Shown here: piece after piece, positions 48,314-63,360 of the stretch
Numbering within the stretch: the stretch's first letter is position 1
Layout of the letters: each line of letters opens with the position of its first letter
DNA from: Eledone cirrhosa
Taxonomy: Eukaryota
Assembly: GCA_964016885.1 (NCBI GenBank)
Contig: OZ024741.1
Coordinates: forward strand, 384,152,001 to 384,216,000
Direction of reading: 5' to 3'
DNA: 64,000 nucleotides
Translations under genes and position numbers: made by a program
Notes under the pieces: generated by a model
Databases searched by the model: none
The model's input: the letters and a program-made list of their open reading frames with translations, nothing else
Told to the model about the DNA's origin: nothing

Positions 48314-50202
48314 TTACCTTTTCGTTTCCTGGAGATCGGGTTGTTCAATCTCCATTTGGGTGCTGGATGGGGTGTTGGGTGGGGTGGGGAAACCTTTCAA
48401 CAGGACGCGGTTGATGGGTTTGTGGCAGGGGTTGCCCACGTCCTGTGAAAATTTAATTTTCAGGTCCTTATAGGTTTCCATAGTAACCCTTATAAGTTTA
48501 AGGTGTGGAGACGATTCTGCCTTGACGAAAGTTTTGCCCTCCGTCTCCACCTTGGGGTTTTGGGAGATGACCTCCATCAAACTCTTGTTGTTTGTGTTGA
48601 TGTATGCGTATTGTTGTTTGTGTTCTTGTTGTATTGTTTTAGTTTGTTGTTCATCTGGGAGTTTTCTTTTTATGGTGGGTGCTTGTGTTTGGGGTGGTGT
48701 TGGTGCTGGTTTTGCTGATAGGGGGGTGTTTGACTGTGGTGTTGTTTGTGTTGTTGTTTGTGTCTGTGGTTGTGTATTGGTGTTGGTGATTGGAGTTTTG
48801 GGGGTTTTGTGGTGTCTCTTTTTTTGTTTTTTGGATTTCCGCGGTTCTCCCTCTTCTTCACTTAAAGAAGGAGAAGCAGCTTCATCCGTCGATGAATAAT
48901 CATCGTCAGGTGTGTGGGGTAAGGGTATGTTGTGTGGTGGTGGTGGTGTTTCGGTATGTGTGTTTGTGGTAGTGTTTGATGGAGTGGGATGGAGTGGGGG
49001 TGTGTTCTTCAGGGGTGTTGTCTCTGTTTTTTCTGTTGTTGTTGGTTGAGTGTCTGTTTGTTTTGGTGTGGTTGCTCGTTTCGTCTGTCGTTGTACTTGT
49101 GGTGGTGGTGGTGGTGGTGGTTGTTTTGGTGTTGGTGTTGGTAATAGCGTTTTTTTTATGATGTTGCTGTTGTGTGTTTGTGGACAAGAGGCTTTTAGGT
49201 GAGATGTGCTACCACAGCGAAAGCAGTGAAATTTTCTTCCTTCTACCGAAATGTTTATTTTGTTGTTATTATCAATAACGACTCTTTCGGGTATTTTGGA
49301 GATTCTCTCCGGTTTCATTTGCAACAGAATCTCCAAATCGGTGCCCGCCCACCTTTGTCGAATGGATTTTCGTATCGAAAGTATTATGTCTGTTTCTGGC
49401 TCTACGAAGCCAGCCAAGATCCACCAGATGTTAATGCTTGGAGGTATGTTTTTTATTTTTATTTTTTGTGTCCTTTTCCCCATGTATGTAGGGAAAAAGG
49501 TGTATGCTTTTGACACTATTGGTGTCACAGAGTTTTTTTGGGCCAGTGTCTCGCTTTTAAACAGTACGGAAACGCTTCCGTACTGTTTTCCTCGCTGGAG
49601 AAAATCGACATTTGCTAGAATCTCCTTGAAAGAATCTTCTATATCTGACTGATTAACAAATGTCGGTTTTCTTGACGAATTTGACACAGTCCTAAAAGTG
49701 ACTGATCGGCGGTTTGTGTCTTCCTTTATTTCAAGGGGTGAGTTAATTCTAAACCCACCTCTTTCTTCGAAAGTTACAAATTTTCTCCCTTGCTGGAGCA
49801 TATCTCTTGCGTTGGAGATATCAAGATTTATAAAATCTTGTTTCTTGTTGACTGTGTCAGCAAAAGACATTTTCTTTTTTTGTGTGATGTTGTTGTTGAT
49901 AATGATGATGTTATCGTTGTTGGAAATTTTATGTGTAGATGTATCCGTAGAGTTGTTGATGTCTTTTTCATGTGTATGTATGTCAATGGGTTTTTTTGCC
50001 GTGTTTTCCCGTGTGTTATTGTCATTTTTCTCCGCTTCGGCGGTAGAAATTGTAACATTTTCAAATGTTGATATATTTTTTTTTCTTTTGTGACAGTATC
50101 TATGGCAACGTCCATAGCAGCAGAAGCAGATATAACGTTAATATCTGCCTCTTTCTCTCTCTTTTCACTATTAACGTTCTCCAGCGTTCTAGTGTTGCTC
50201 AA
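48314..50202 (-). CDS. LINE ORF1, gag-like with zinc knuckle. The main frame is 48314..49870 and there is a probable homopolymer frameshift near 50080
   Basis: CFRCGSTSHLKASC and a Pro/Thr-rich linker. Homologous to ORF1 at 24181..25698. Confidence 0.8.
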
Positions 50203-50413
50203 GTTTTTTTTTACTTTGTAAAATTTGATATTTTAAGACAAACTTTTAAATAAAATGTTCGCCCCTACAGGGGCGAAAAATGGGATTACCACCCAGCTGA
50301 CAATTCAGCTTGGGGGTTAATCTACAAAGTGTTGTATTTTTTTCAAACAATTATATCGGTTTTTTGCATAGAAATTAACAAAAAACTTACCGGCGATATT
50401 CCACACGTTAGAC

Positions 50414-50495
<82 letters not shown>

Positions 50496-50990
50496 GCAGA
50501 CAGACAGAAAGACATACAGAGAGACAGAAGAAGGGGGGGGGGGGTAAAGTAGGAGAAGGAGAGCAACGGTTGATGTTGCCGGGAAAATGTTTCGTATTAT
50601 GAAAGACAAGGAAAGAGAATGAAGTAAGTAGATAATAATCATCTTATAGTATCTTATGGGATAATAATCATCTTATAAGTACTTATTTGGTGATTTAGTC
50701 GATATAGTAGCGATACAATCTACAGACATGGTCTCTATATTTATCTGCGGAATATCGTCTCCGCCATGTTAATCCACACCTACAAAGTGACGTCCAACAG
50801 TCTAACACTATCGATTTCCTTCAAAACCCGCCATAATTTTCTCACGTCCATCATTATCATCATCATCATCACTACCACTGAAACCACAAACATCATCATC
50901 AACATCATTATCATCATCATCACCATGATTATTATTATTGGCATCATTATTTTATCTCGAAGCTTTGAAAATTATTGAAGATATAGTTCC

Positions 50991-51034
<44 letters not shown>

Positions 51035-51244
51035 ATCTCTCTCGATATATATATATGTATATATGTGTGTATGTATGTTTGTATGTATATATATATAGGT
51101 GTGAGTATATATATATATTTTATATATATATATATATGATTTGACTCATTTTCCTCCACATCTCTTTCTTTCTCTCTCTCTTTCTTTCTTTCTCTCTCTC
51201 TCTTTCTTTCTCTCTCCCTCACTCTCTCTATCTCTCTCTCACAG

Positions 51245-51275
<31 letters not shown>

Positions 51276-51379
51276 TTCAACTACTAAATAACTAAGAAGA
51301 TTACAGTGAAGAGAAAATCCAACGTTTTACCAGTATTTGCTATTAAAGATACGATAGGACCGATACCAAACTTGTTTAT

Positions 51380-51464
51380 TAGAGGTGTTAATATACCCAA
51401 AGTGTCGTTAAGCCTTGAGCAGCCATTACTAGTTGAAAACTAAAGACACATACACACAAGTGCC

Positions 51465-51555
<91 letters not shown>

Positions 51556-52582
51556 TTGTGTGTATGTGTCTTTATATATATGTGTCTTTATATATATATG
51601 GCATTTGTGTGTATGTGTCTTTATATATATGTGTCTTTATATATATATATGACATTTGTGTGTATGTGTCTTTATATATATATGTCTTTATATATATATA
51701 TATATATATGGCATTTGTGCGTATGTGTCTTTATATATATATATGGCATTTGTGTGTATGTGTCTTTATATATATATGTGTCTTTATATATATATATATA
51801 TATATAGTATTTGTGTGTATGTGTCTTTATATAAATGTCTATATATATATATGACATTTGTGTGTATGTGTCTTTCTATATAAATGTCTTTATATATATA
51901 TATGGCATATGTGTGTATATGTCTTTATATATATATATATATATATATATAAAGACACATATATATACATGTTATATATATATTTCAGGTCACCAGTTGG
52001 TGCTACTGGTAACATGTATCCCAGTACAACCTGTCTCATGGTCGGGTCGTTGGCGACTAAACTGGCAACCCCGCCAAGGTTTCTTGGTGAGGAGGGTGAC
52101 TTTGGACATGCTGCAGGACTAAAAACAAAACCTGTCAAAGGGCAAAGGAGCTCTTAAGAGTCAATGGCCATCCAAAATCACCGGGAGAGATGACCCCTTA
52201 GCCTTTGTCAAGGCAGAATTCTAGGAGAAGGAAAACTCTGATATAACACCTGCAACTCTAATGGTATCCAATGATGTTGACTTGTTCTTCTTTTTGGTAA
52301 ATATCATCTTGGTTAAGAGAGTGGGACTGGCTTTGTACAGTGCCTTTGCTCACTATACAGGCATTGCTTTATATCTGGAGATCTCTCTGCACTTGTCGTC
52401 ACATGGTACCATGGCCCAGCACTATGTGTCAATAATTGTCACTCACAAGTGTAGTGTTTGTACCAGAGTTTTCAAGTCGCTGGCTGGACTAAAAAGTCAC
52501 ACTCGTTCAGCGCATCGATATGGATATAAAGTAGTACATGGATATAAAGTAGTGGCCGTACTCGAAAACGAGTTGACAGCCA

Positions 52583-52661
<79 letters not shown>

Positions 52662-52745
52662 TTGTGTGTATGTGTATTTAGTTTTCAACTAGTAATGGTT
52701 GCTCAAAGCATAACGACACTTTGGGCATATTAACACCTATATAAA
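51380..52745. repeat. Inverted repeats (about 51380-51466 and 52657-52745) enclosing a ggcatttgtgtgtatgtgtctt(ta)n minisatellite and an RTE insert
   Basis: aggtgttaatatacccaaagtgtcgtt...tagttgaaaactaaagacacatacacacaagtgcca and its reverse complement. Confidence 0.8.
51986..52585 (+). mobile_element. Internally deleted (bipartite) RTE-type element: 5' UTR joined to the 3' end
   Basis: The 5' motif is shared with 12292-12412 and 63568-63684. There is a C2H2 remnant CSVCTRVFKSLAGLKSHTRSAH and a 3' hairpin gtggc.gtactcgaaaacgagt..acagccac, followed by (TA)n. Confidence 0.65.
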
Positions 52746-53526
52746 TATATAACAATTTCACAGTTAAAGGACTAACATTTATAACATAATTGACACGTTT
52801 TTCGCCAATGAACAGGTGAGCAAAATCCAGAATTGCTAGTCCGATGGGATCTATCGGAAAACTCAATTTCCAATATCTTTGCGACAGCACCATGGTAAAT
52901 CAGAATCTAATAACGTTTACATCTGTAATAGAGGTTAGTCCTTTAACTGAAATTGTTATATTAATGTTACTTATTATGTTACATGATATATATATATATA
53001 TCATGTAACAATTTTGTTTTTATTTAAATAAACCGATATTTGTATACTTAAACATAATACACGATTACTAAACGCAAAAAAGTGTGTGAATACTCTTAGC
53101 TGGACTAACGTTTATACAAATACGATTAAATCCAAACTAAAAGTATAGGGTATATAATATTATGTTGAAGAATATTGAAGACAGAGGTATATAGCAAAAA
53201 GTGTTTTTTATGCTGATATGTTAACTAGTGCACCAGTTCTCAGAACGGTCATTTATCATTACATAATCTAATAACGTTCCCGATGTACACACGTCCACAT
53301 ACAAGAATTAAATGCAACTAAACTCACTATATAGGCCAATATACATGAACACATACATTAATAGGGAAACACATTTCTTTATACAAGCACACATGTATAA
53401 ACGCACAGATAGTTCTATAAAATTACTTACATACTTAGATATAGACAACGACATCCTGTCATATTCCTACACACACACATGTATATATATATGTGTGTGT
53501 GTGTGCGTGTGTGTGTCTACATTTAT

Positions 53527-53731
<205 letters not shown>

Positions 53732-53924
53732 TAAAAAATCGGAGGCCACAATCAGTTGATTCAGTTTATTTAAAACTCCGTTATAGATAATTCACTAAGG
53801 ACTATCGTTACGGTAGCCTGAACTCTTCAGACGGCAAAAAAACCTATGAAAGCTTGAAAACATTGAAAGTTCCTAAAAACAAATCATGATTATTCCATTC
53901 TTTTTCTCAATCATGTTGTACCTC

Positions 53925-55258
53925 AAACTTGTAGATAGTAGAGATCTGGAGATGATTTGGCTGCTAATTCTGAAGACACAACGAAGTAGCTCTTTTTTTC
54001 AGGAGTATGTTTTTTCCAGCGAATTCCATATCTGCAGGTTGTTGTGATGGATATTTCGTGCTTCTATGGTTTTGGAGAGTAAAGCCATCAAAATCATCAA
54101 TAGCAACACGTGGAGCACAATCAATGACATTGCCTTGTGTTGAAATTCACTAAGTAAGGTAGAGAATCTCTTACACAAGCTAGAAGTTTTACTCAAACTA
54201 TGAGACTTCCTAAATGTCAACAAAACTACATACATCACCATCAACTCAGATCAAGCAACAAATATCAAATGTTAAAGCAATAATGTTCTCGAAAACGTAG
54301 ACGATTTCAAATACCTTGGTGCATCCACCAACTCGTCACATGGTGTAAATAACAGGATAGCTAAATAAGGTGTGGAAATCTAACATAACCACAGAAACAA
54401 ATGTTAGATTATTCAAAACTACAATGGAATCAATCTTATAGTTTTCCTGTGATCATGGTCGGTGACAATACCTATCACCAAAGTTTTAGATGGTTGCGAT
54501 ACATGAATGCTAAGAAGTATAAAAAAACATCAAACCTCTCGACCGTGTTGCAAACAAAGTTCTCTACGACAACCTCTCGCCCATTAGCCACACCATCCGT
54601 ATCAAGTGTCATCAACTTGCAGGTCATGCCATGAAAGACAAAGAACCTGCAATAAAACTTTTACTATGGGAGCCCACGAATGTGAAACGGTAATGCGGAA
54701 GACCTTTCAAGACATTAAAGAGAGTCATTGAAGAAAATACAGAAATTATCCAGTGAAGTACTGAGGCAGTTAATGTTGGATCGTGTGGGATGGAAATGTT
54801 TTAGCAGTAGATGAATTTAGTAGTTAGTTTTTCCATCCCTCTGGCGTTTGGATTTTTAGATTCGGAAGGTTGAAACCAAAATAAAGAAAAACTTGTTTTG
54901 GTTTCATCCTTCCGAATCTAAAAACCCAAACGCCAGTAGGCGTTGACATTTAGGAAGTCTCATAGTTTGAGTAAAAACTTCTAGCTTGTGTAAGGGATCC
55001 TCTGCCTTACTTAGTGAATTTCCACACAAGACAATGTCATCAGCGAGGTCATTGATTGTGCTCCACGTGTTGCTATTGATGATTTTGATGGCTTTACCCT
55101 CCAAAACCATAGAATCACAAAATATCCGTCTCAACCACTTGCAGATATAGAATTCACTGGAAAAACATACTCCTAAAAGAAAAGAGCTCCTGCGTTGTGT
55201 CTTCAGAATTAGCAGCCAAATCACCTCCAGATCTCAACTATCTACAGGTTTGAGATAC
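53925..55258 (+). pseudogene. Decayed RTE-like RT fragment (53925-54800) with an inverted partial copy (54940-55258)
   Basis: Remnants ADDI(A/V)L, VDDFKYLGA and LAGH. 53925-54220 is mirrored at 54940-55258. Confidence 0.65.
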
Positions 55259-56254
55259 AAATAGAGAAAGACTTATATATTTTTCAAAAAATTAAATTTT
55301 TTTTTTAAATATTATTATAAGACGTTTATCTTGCTGAACAACTGATCCTTTCCATGCTACTCTGGCGTTCATCGAAACACTGAACTAATTAAATCCAAAG
55401 ATAGAAATATCTATTCTAAAAATAAATTTATATTAGACATCATTATATTCAAACTATCTATTGCTGAAATTGAAATGTTACCCTTGCCTATCTTGGCACG
55501 TTTATTTACAATCTTACGACATTTATATCAACATTAGCTTAGTTATTTGGACATTTAAAACCCCCCCAGTGTGGCTCAAAATATCATAAGACAACAAATA
55601 TTTAGCTTTATAAAGAAAATGCAAGCAGTTAATGTATCGTTCTGGAATGAAATAAGCCTTCAAATATATAGAAAGATTATAAGAAACGTTACGATTCATT
55701 ATTCTTAGATAATAGAATACTTAAAGTTGATAAATATAGCATGGATTTATGGAAATCGATATTAAGAAATAGAAAATAAAACCAGAATTATGCTTTCTGG
55801 TAAATTCCATCTCAAACGACTTGATATTAAAGCAAAGAAGCCATTTACTAATCCATAAGTGAGCACAGAAGAGCTTTAGTTGAAGATAAACGGGTTAAGC
55901 GGAAGTTAGCTACAAAACCACAGCTACGCTGACTTCATAGCAAGAGTGTATAATCCTATAAATATTTTGTATGCATATGACGACATTAAACATTTTACAA
56001 TATAATGTAAACCAAAATCCACGACCATAGGTGTGTGTTCAGTTTAAAGTATCTCACTTCATGTATATTACTGATACTGTGTGACTGGCATGAGTATAGA
56101 CACATACAGACATACACACACATAGACACATACAGACATACACACAAACGTATAGATTTCTAAAAACATACACACATACGTACACGTATAAAGTATATAT
56201 GTATGAGTGTGCTTGTGTGTTCCGTATTCATAAATACATATACATTCATATATA

Positions 56255-56337
<83 letters not shown>

Positions 56338-56339
56338 CC

Positions 56340-56840
56340 ATATAATGAAAATACCTGTAACATTAAAGCCCACATCACCCGCAACAACAAAAGCTCTCCA
56401 CCTTACGCATGCAGAAGGCCAGAGACATGCCTTAGATCCACCGGTGATATATCAAGGAGAGGTGACATCCATCAGCCTTAACCACCAAACTGAAGGTTTG
56501 ACTTTTGTCGGAAAGCCTTAGAGCCGGTTCAAAAGCCGGTACCTGAACTACGAAACAATATTCAGTCATCCTGTCAAAACCCCATGCCAACCAGCTCGCG
56601 AACCATGTGCGGAACCTCAAAAAAACGGCACACCAGTTTCCATTGAATGAAGTATATTAGAAAAATCCACCCCCTATGTTAATGGGACGGAATTTTGCCG
56701 ACTATATAACTCGGAAAAGTGGTATGTACTCTCTCAACTGGCCTCAGGAAAACACTGCTTAAATAGACGCCTCGACTGCTTTAGTTGCTGTCCACACAAG
56801 GCGAAATTCATTCTAAGAAAATGGTATAGACCAGACTAAC
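56340..56840 (+). pseudogene. PLE GIY-YIG relic, same type as 3827..4669
   Basis: NIKAHITRNNK, VIYQGEV, FKSRY, LANHVRNLK, CRLYNSEK, LNRR, CPHK. Confidence 0.7.
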
Positions 56841-57131
56841 TGATTTTAATGTCAAGGAATCTAATTTCTTTGAATTACTAACTTTGCACAAGCCCCCCCC
56901 CCCCCCATCCTGCAGTTATTTTTTATAATTACCTCCCTTTACATTATCTAATAGATCTGTTTATTTATAGCGAAATTAAAAATTACCTGCCTTTGAAGAA
57001 TTCTCGCTTATTTTCGAAAACGTCAAATGAACCTGTGGAGGTAGCCATTTTTATTTTATATATCAGGCTGAATGAGTTGTGGTGTATAACCCAGCGAATG
57101 TTAAGTACCTGTATATGCCACTGTTTATAAC

Positions 57132-57227
<96 letters not shown>

Positions 57228-57364
57228 TGTATGTATATTTATATATACATCCCCACTTTCTTTATGTGAGAAATTGTGCGTAAGAAGGTTACTGAATAGG
57301 TGTAGAGATGCTGTTGTCTCTTCGACTTATGTAATTGTTTTTCTGTGTGTATTTTTGCTGATGC

Positions 57365-57493
<129 letters not shown>

Positions 57494-59188
57494 TAGCGTT
57501 CCTCGAAGGGCTTTTTGAGTAACGTTACTCGATGGTGTGCGTAGCTCGGAGATCAGGAAGTCTCTCCAGGTAAAGCCGCTACTTCTCCGAATCGAGAGAT
57601 CACAGCTCCTCTATTAAGGGTATGAGGTTAAATTGTCTAAGAAAGAATCGCTGGACAGATTTTACGAGCAAAGCTAATTGACAGGAGACCAGTTGTAGAC
57701 CACAATCGGATAACATTCATAATCTTAGTTGGTCCCGCTTGGAGATCCACCCGCATCATTTGGAGATGTTTGCTTCTTATAGAACCCTCTGGAAGGCGAG
57801 GGTCTGATGAAATGTTCATAGGCTGACGAAGATTCTCTCATGAAATGACCAAATGTGGTTTATTTTTCAAGATAGTCCCCGGAAAGAAACAATGTAGTTA
57901 TTAATAAAAAGAGTTAAAATAAAAGCATGCAAGATTTCACATTAGTATCAATCCTTCATAGTCAGCCTATGTCCTTTTCAACGGACCTTCTTATGTGAGT
58001 GAAGAAGAAAATCTTTGTCAGATCTGTATTATATCTACGAAGGAGTTGTTGTCTCTCTTCGGTGGAAATGCAGCTGCATTCAACTATTATAATATAATTA
58101 TCATTTAGATGCGATTGCATAGGAAATAAGAATTATTCCGGAAACTTCATAGTGTAAATGTTAGCATATGTGTGTGAGTGTGTATGTTGGCGTGATTACT
58201 TGTGTGTGTGTATGTGTGATGTCCTCATGCATACATTCATACACACACACATACATACAAACATTCATACATACATACCTACATACACACATACATACAA
58301 ACATTCATACATACAAACATACAAACATTCATACACACATACATACATACATACACACACGCACACACACGCACACACACGCACACACACGCACATACAT
58401 ACATACACATCGTATCTATGTTACTGTTCATATTTTGTTCGTCCCTACAACACTGACTATTTTTCAATGAGATGTTCTCAAATGTTTACTGGTGAAAGAT
58501 TGGTGCCATTCAATGTGAGAAAGCTAAAGAAAATACAATTACAATGGGAGATGATTGGAAAGTCAATAGAGAAAACACTGACAATATAGCACGTCAATAT
58601 ATAATAGATTAAGTGAAAGTATTTCAAAGAAGTGATCCATTTTTTGTCATAGAAATAAATTAGTGGCCAATAACACTCAGTAGTCCACAAGAGGTGGTCA
58701 TCTGATCCATTTTTCGCAATGAAATTATTTAGTAGTCACCAGCATCCGGCAAGAAAATTATACATATGGAGGGCTCCAGGTGACATAGCAAGTAATCATA
58801 TACACTGATAAACAACTCGGAAATTGTTTTATCAGTATATAGTCTATATGATTACTTGCTAAATCATAGCTTAGAGCAGATATCAATTCAGACAATAATC
58901 CAGTGACAATTAAATTGCAAATAGAATTCAAGAAAATGAAAGTTTCTAACATACGAGACTATTTAAAATTTCACTCGTTAAGCTACACAAAATACAAGCA
59001 TAATACGCTATGGAAATAGGAAACCATTATGGAAAAGTACATAATGGAGACGAAATACAAGGACCATATAATAAGGAATAAACAGAAGAATGCTGGAACA
59101 CAATTAACACTTACATGCAAGCAACACTATAGAAAACACTGTCTGATATAGAAAAGACAAATATGAAAAACTGAAGAAAATTCTAGAT

Positions 59189-59406
<218 letters not shown>

Positions 59407-60297
59407 GAATTACAAGGATAACGTTCAAGATAGGTACAGCCCCCCGGAATAGAGAGAATAATTCTGAATGTAGAAAAGCAAACTTGAAACAGCTTAATGA
59501 ATGAGCTAAACAAACATCTTGAAAAATAAAATAAATGAGATCACATACAGCAAATGCATGAATAAACAATGTGGGAACATTCATGACAAAAATGGTTACA
59601 TACTGTTTGATTATGGGCAGGTTGTATCTAGATGGAGTAATAATAAAAAACAATCTATACGAACATGAGAACAAACTACCAATAAGAATCCATCTGCTAT
59701 AACCCTCGGCAGAAGCGAAGGAGTAAGTAGTCTTGATAACCGCAAGCGAGCGAGAAACAGGACTGTCGATTATTCCTCTTTGTTTTTGCCTAGAATAAGT
59801 AAGTAACATAGCCACTACTTTAAAATTCATAGCAAATGGTCTTCAAATTTTTTTTAATTAAACATACAGTATATTATCAAATATACTATACATACATTTA
59901 TATACATATATCGTTATTTCAGAGCACCAATACAAATACCTATAGCCAATTTCGAAGAAGCTAATAGTCAAATTTCTTCTTTTTTTATTTTTAATCTATT
60001 TTTCGGAGAAAAGAGAAGTAAATAAAATATAGTAAAGGAGCTAGCGCAAATGAAATACCAACAGAAGTATTAAAAGCATTAGGTATCTACAACTTAGATC
60101 TAGTAAGAGATAGTGGACGTTGTTTTGTTGTGTTAAACGTTATGTAGGTGAGTGGTTGTACGTTGTATTGGTTAATTTAAGTTTGTTGTATTCGTTTACC
60201 CCCCGATTGACCCCCTGCATTTTCGATTTCATTTTTTTTCTTTATACTTTCACTCGTGTAGGACACCGGTTATTTTTCATTTTGTGAAAAACCTCAC

Positions 60298-60621
<324 letters not shown>

Positions 60622-60771
60622 GATATTAACAAATGGAAACTATATTTATAAAACCATATTTATAGTTTACATTTGTTAATATCGTATGTTTACTCCAAAT
60701 ATTTGCTGAGTGCTTTATATCAGTTATAAAAATATTTGCTTGTTGTATCCCATCAATTTAAATAGAACTTT

Positions 60772-60819
<48 letters not shown>

Positions 60820-61151
60820 ATATATATATATTATAACAAAGTGTTGTAGCTTACTTGAAGCATTGTGGAATAAGAAATACAAATATTTAAGTGAGTTTAA
60901 ATATTTGGAAGCCCTACAATACGTGCAAGATCAAAAGTGCGAAGGTAATAGGACTTATAGAGAATAAAAGACGGAGTAAAGAGTGAGGACGATAGAATTT
61001 AACATTAGTAATTTATTAATTTCATGAATATATATAAATTGATATATATATATATATACACACGCACAAAATAAATATTTATATATATGTATGTATACGT
61101 ACATATATATATATATATATACGTATATATATGTGTGTGTAAGTGTGTGTG

Positions 61152-61244
<93 letters not shown>

Positions 61245-61764
61245 AACATATATGTACGTGTGTGAGTGTGTGTTTAATGTAATATATGAGAGTGAACATA
61301 TACCAACCGATATGAAACAATCGTTGTTCAATTACAAAGAGCAAAATGTCACGATTTCTCAGAATCTAGAGCCATAAATCTCAGGAATTATGTCACTAAT
61401 CTTCTACTAAACATCGTGCAACAAAGAACTATAGCAAGAATAAAGGAAGGGACAAGTCAACTGCAAAGTGGCTTTTAGACCAAGAATGGAACTTTTAAAA
61501 GAATACTTTACCCAAGAACACTGTATGACAAAGCTCTTGAAATGTTTTCATGTGCTTTATAGGCTACACCAAGTCACTTGACAAAGTAAAGCATGCAAAG
61601 GTCATTCATTGACTTTCATAACTTGAAATATGTGATATATATATATATATACGATCTACAATATCTCAGACCTCACTCGCTTACCGAGTGGGATGGACCA
61701 AGGAAGCAAAGTTTCCATTGATCTTTCCAATGCTGATACTATCTACCGGTCACAACACCTGGCA

Positions 61765-61890
61765 GAAAGAGCAGCGTGAAATAAAATGTCTTGCTCAAGA
61801 ACATAACGTATCCCAATGTCCGGGAATCGAACTCGCAACTTCACGATTTCCAACCCAATTCTCTAACCACTAAGCCACGTAACTTCACGG
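61765..61890 (-). mobile_element. tRNA-derived SINE head, family 2
   Basis: Reverse complement: tggcttagtggttag...gagttcgattccc...gttcttgagcaagacatttt. Confidence 0.75.
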
Positions 61891-62691
61891 AAGTATGTGA
61901 TAAAGCCATTCAAATACTATCAAAAATGTGTTGGGTGGGAAAATAGCAAAGGCAGGAACTAAACGGGGAAAATTCTCAAATTTAAAATTAAGGAAGTAGT
62001 TGGATATGTACTACCTTCTAGTCCATACAATCTATACGCTCAGATCTTCTACTGAGAAATAGAAGACATGCCAGAAGTGCCAATAGGAGATTTGAACATC
62101 AACAATTTTAGTTATACAATCGATACTACCGTCATACCTTTCAACAGAGATGGTGTATAGAATCGTGTAACTATTGTAAATTGTAAAGGAATTCTCTACG
62201 GAAGGACAATAAATGCAAAAAACAGACAAAATCAATGATACTCAGTCAGAAACAGCAGCCATCTAAAATAAATTTAACAATCGAAAGAAGCTGTAATGGG
62301 GGAAAGGCAGGTGAACAAACAACAACGATAATATACCTGTGATATATGCAATAAGAAAACTGTCAAGCATACTAATTTCAAAAAACATTAATAAATGTTA
62401 AGCATGATTCTCTCTACTTTACGGAGCTGAAACATGGACATTACCCGATATAATGTAAACTGGGACATTTTAGAATTATCTGTATTGACCATGGACAAAA
62501 TATAGCACAGATGACTGAATACAAACTAAAGAGGCTTTGTAGGCGTCCGATCCTATATCAATTCAGGTGTTGTAAAATCAAAAAAAAATTCTAAATTATC
62601 AACATTTATTCCTTACTATTAACGCGCTGTGAATATAACTTCTGTTACGAAACCTAATGCAGAGTTAGCAATATACGTTATTAAGGTCAAA

Positions 62692-62873
62692 AGCGGTGGA
62701 TTGGCAGGGTCGGACGCCATGCTTTGCCACATAGAGTTACGCCCCTTTACGTTCTGAGTTTAAATCCCGCTGAGGTTAACTTTGCCTTTCATGCTTACGG
62801 GGTCAATAAAATAAAGTACCAGTAATACACTGTGATAATTGCTGGCCTTGTGCCAACAGTAGAAACAGTTATT
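62692..62873 (+). mobile_element. SINE family 1
   Basis: As for 13572-13972. Confidence 0.85.
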
Positions 62874-63177
62874 AAGGTAAACTTTATCTTTCATCTTTCT
62901 TAGGTCGATAAAATAAAGTATCAACATCAAGTACTGGAATCGATTTAATCAACTCTCCCCTCTTGCCAGCCAAATAAAATTGCTGAACATGCAGTTAAGT
63001 AGGTCAACAATAATGTAGACTTCTAACATAGACACATGTTCATAACGCTATCCAACGATTGACAAACATTGTTCATAAATGAGAGTCGTACAAGTTGAAC
63101 ACCTTCTTGTCCGTCTTAATCCTTACAACACATACGACACGCAACAAAATTATGACATGAACAATTTGTGTACAATA

Positions 63178-63360
63178 TGGTGAATTGGCAGTATCGGTAG
63201 AGGGTCGGACGGCATGTTTTGACGCATAGAGTTACGGCCCTTGCCATTCTGAGTTCAAATCCCATCGAGGTTAACTTTGCATTTCATCCTAATGGGGGTC
63301 GATAAAATAAAATACACTGGGATAATTTCTAGCCTTGTGCCTATTGTAGAAACAAATATT
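63178..63360 (+). mobile_element. SINE family 1
   Basis: As for 13572-13972. Confidence 0.85.

Larger units (their letters stand above)
44591..50410 (-). mobile_element. Full-length L1/Tx1-clade LINE inserted in (GATA)n
   Basis: ORF1 plus intact ORF2. The 3' end is cccttgtggctaataaagaaat. (GATA)n lies at about 44490-44591 and 50418-50495. Confidence 0.96.

Noticed and set aside
52261-52692. Host C2H2 zinc-finger gene
   Set aside because: It is a single finger directly followed by an RTE-like 3' hairpin and (TA)n, so it is better read as the element C-terminus.
53775-53833. Minus-strand CTGAAGA...GATA hammerhead-like motif
   Set aside because: The core is altered and stem III is ambiguous.
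56988-57030. HHR downstream of the PLE relic (TTGAAGA...GAAA-acg-TC)
   Set aside because: The position is plausible, but stems I and II do not pair convincingly.
57820-57868. CTGACGA...GAAA hammerhead-like motif
   Set aside because: The stems are out of register and there is no stem I.
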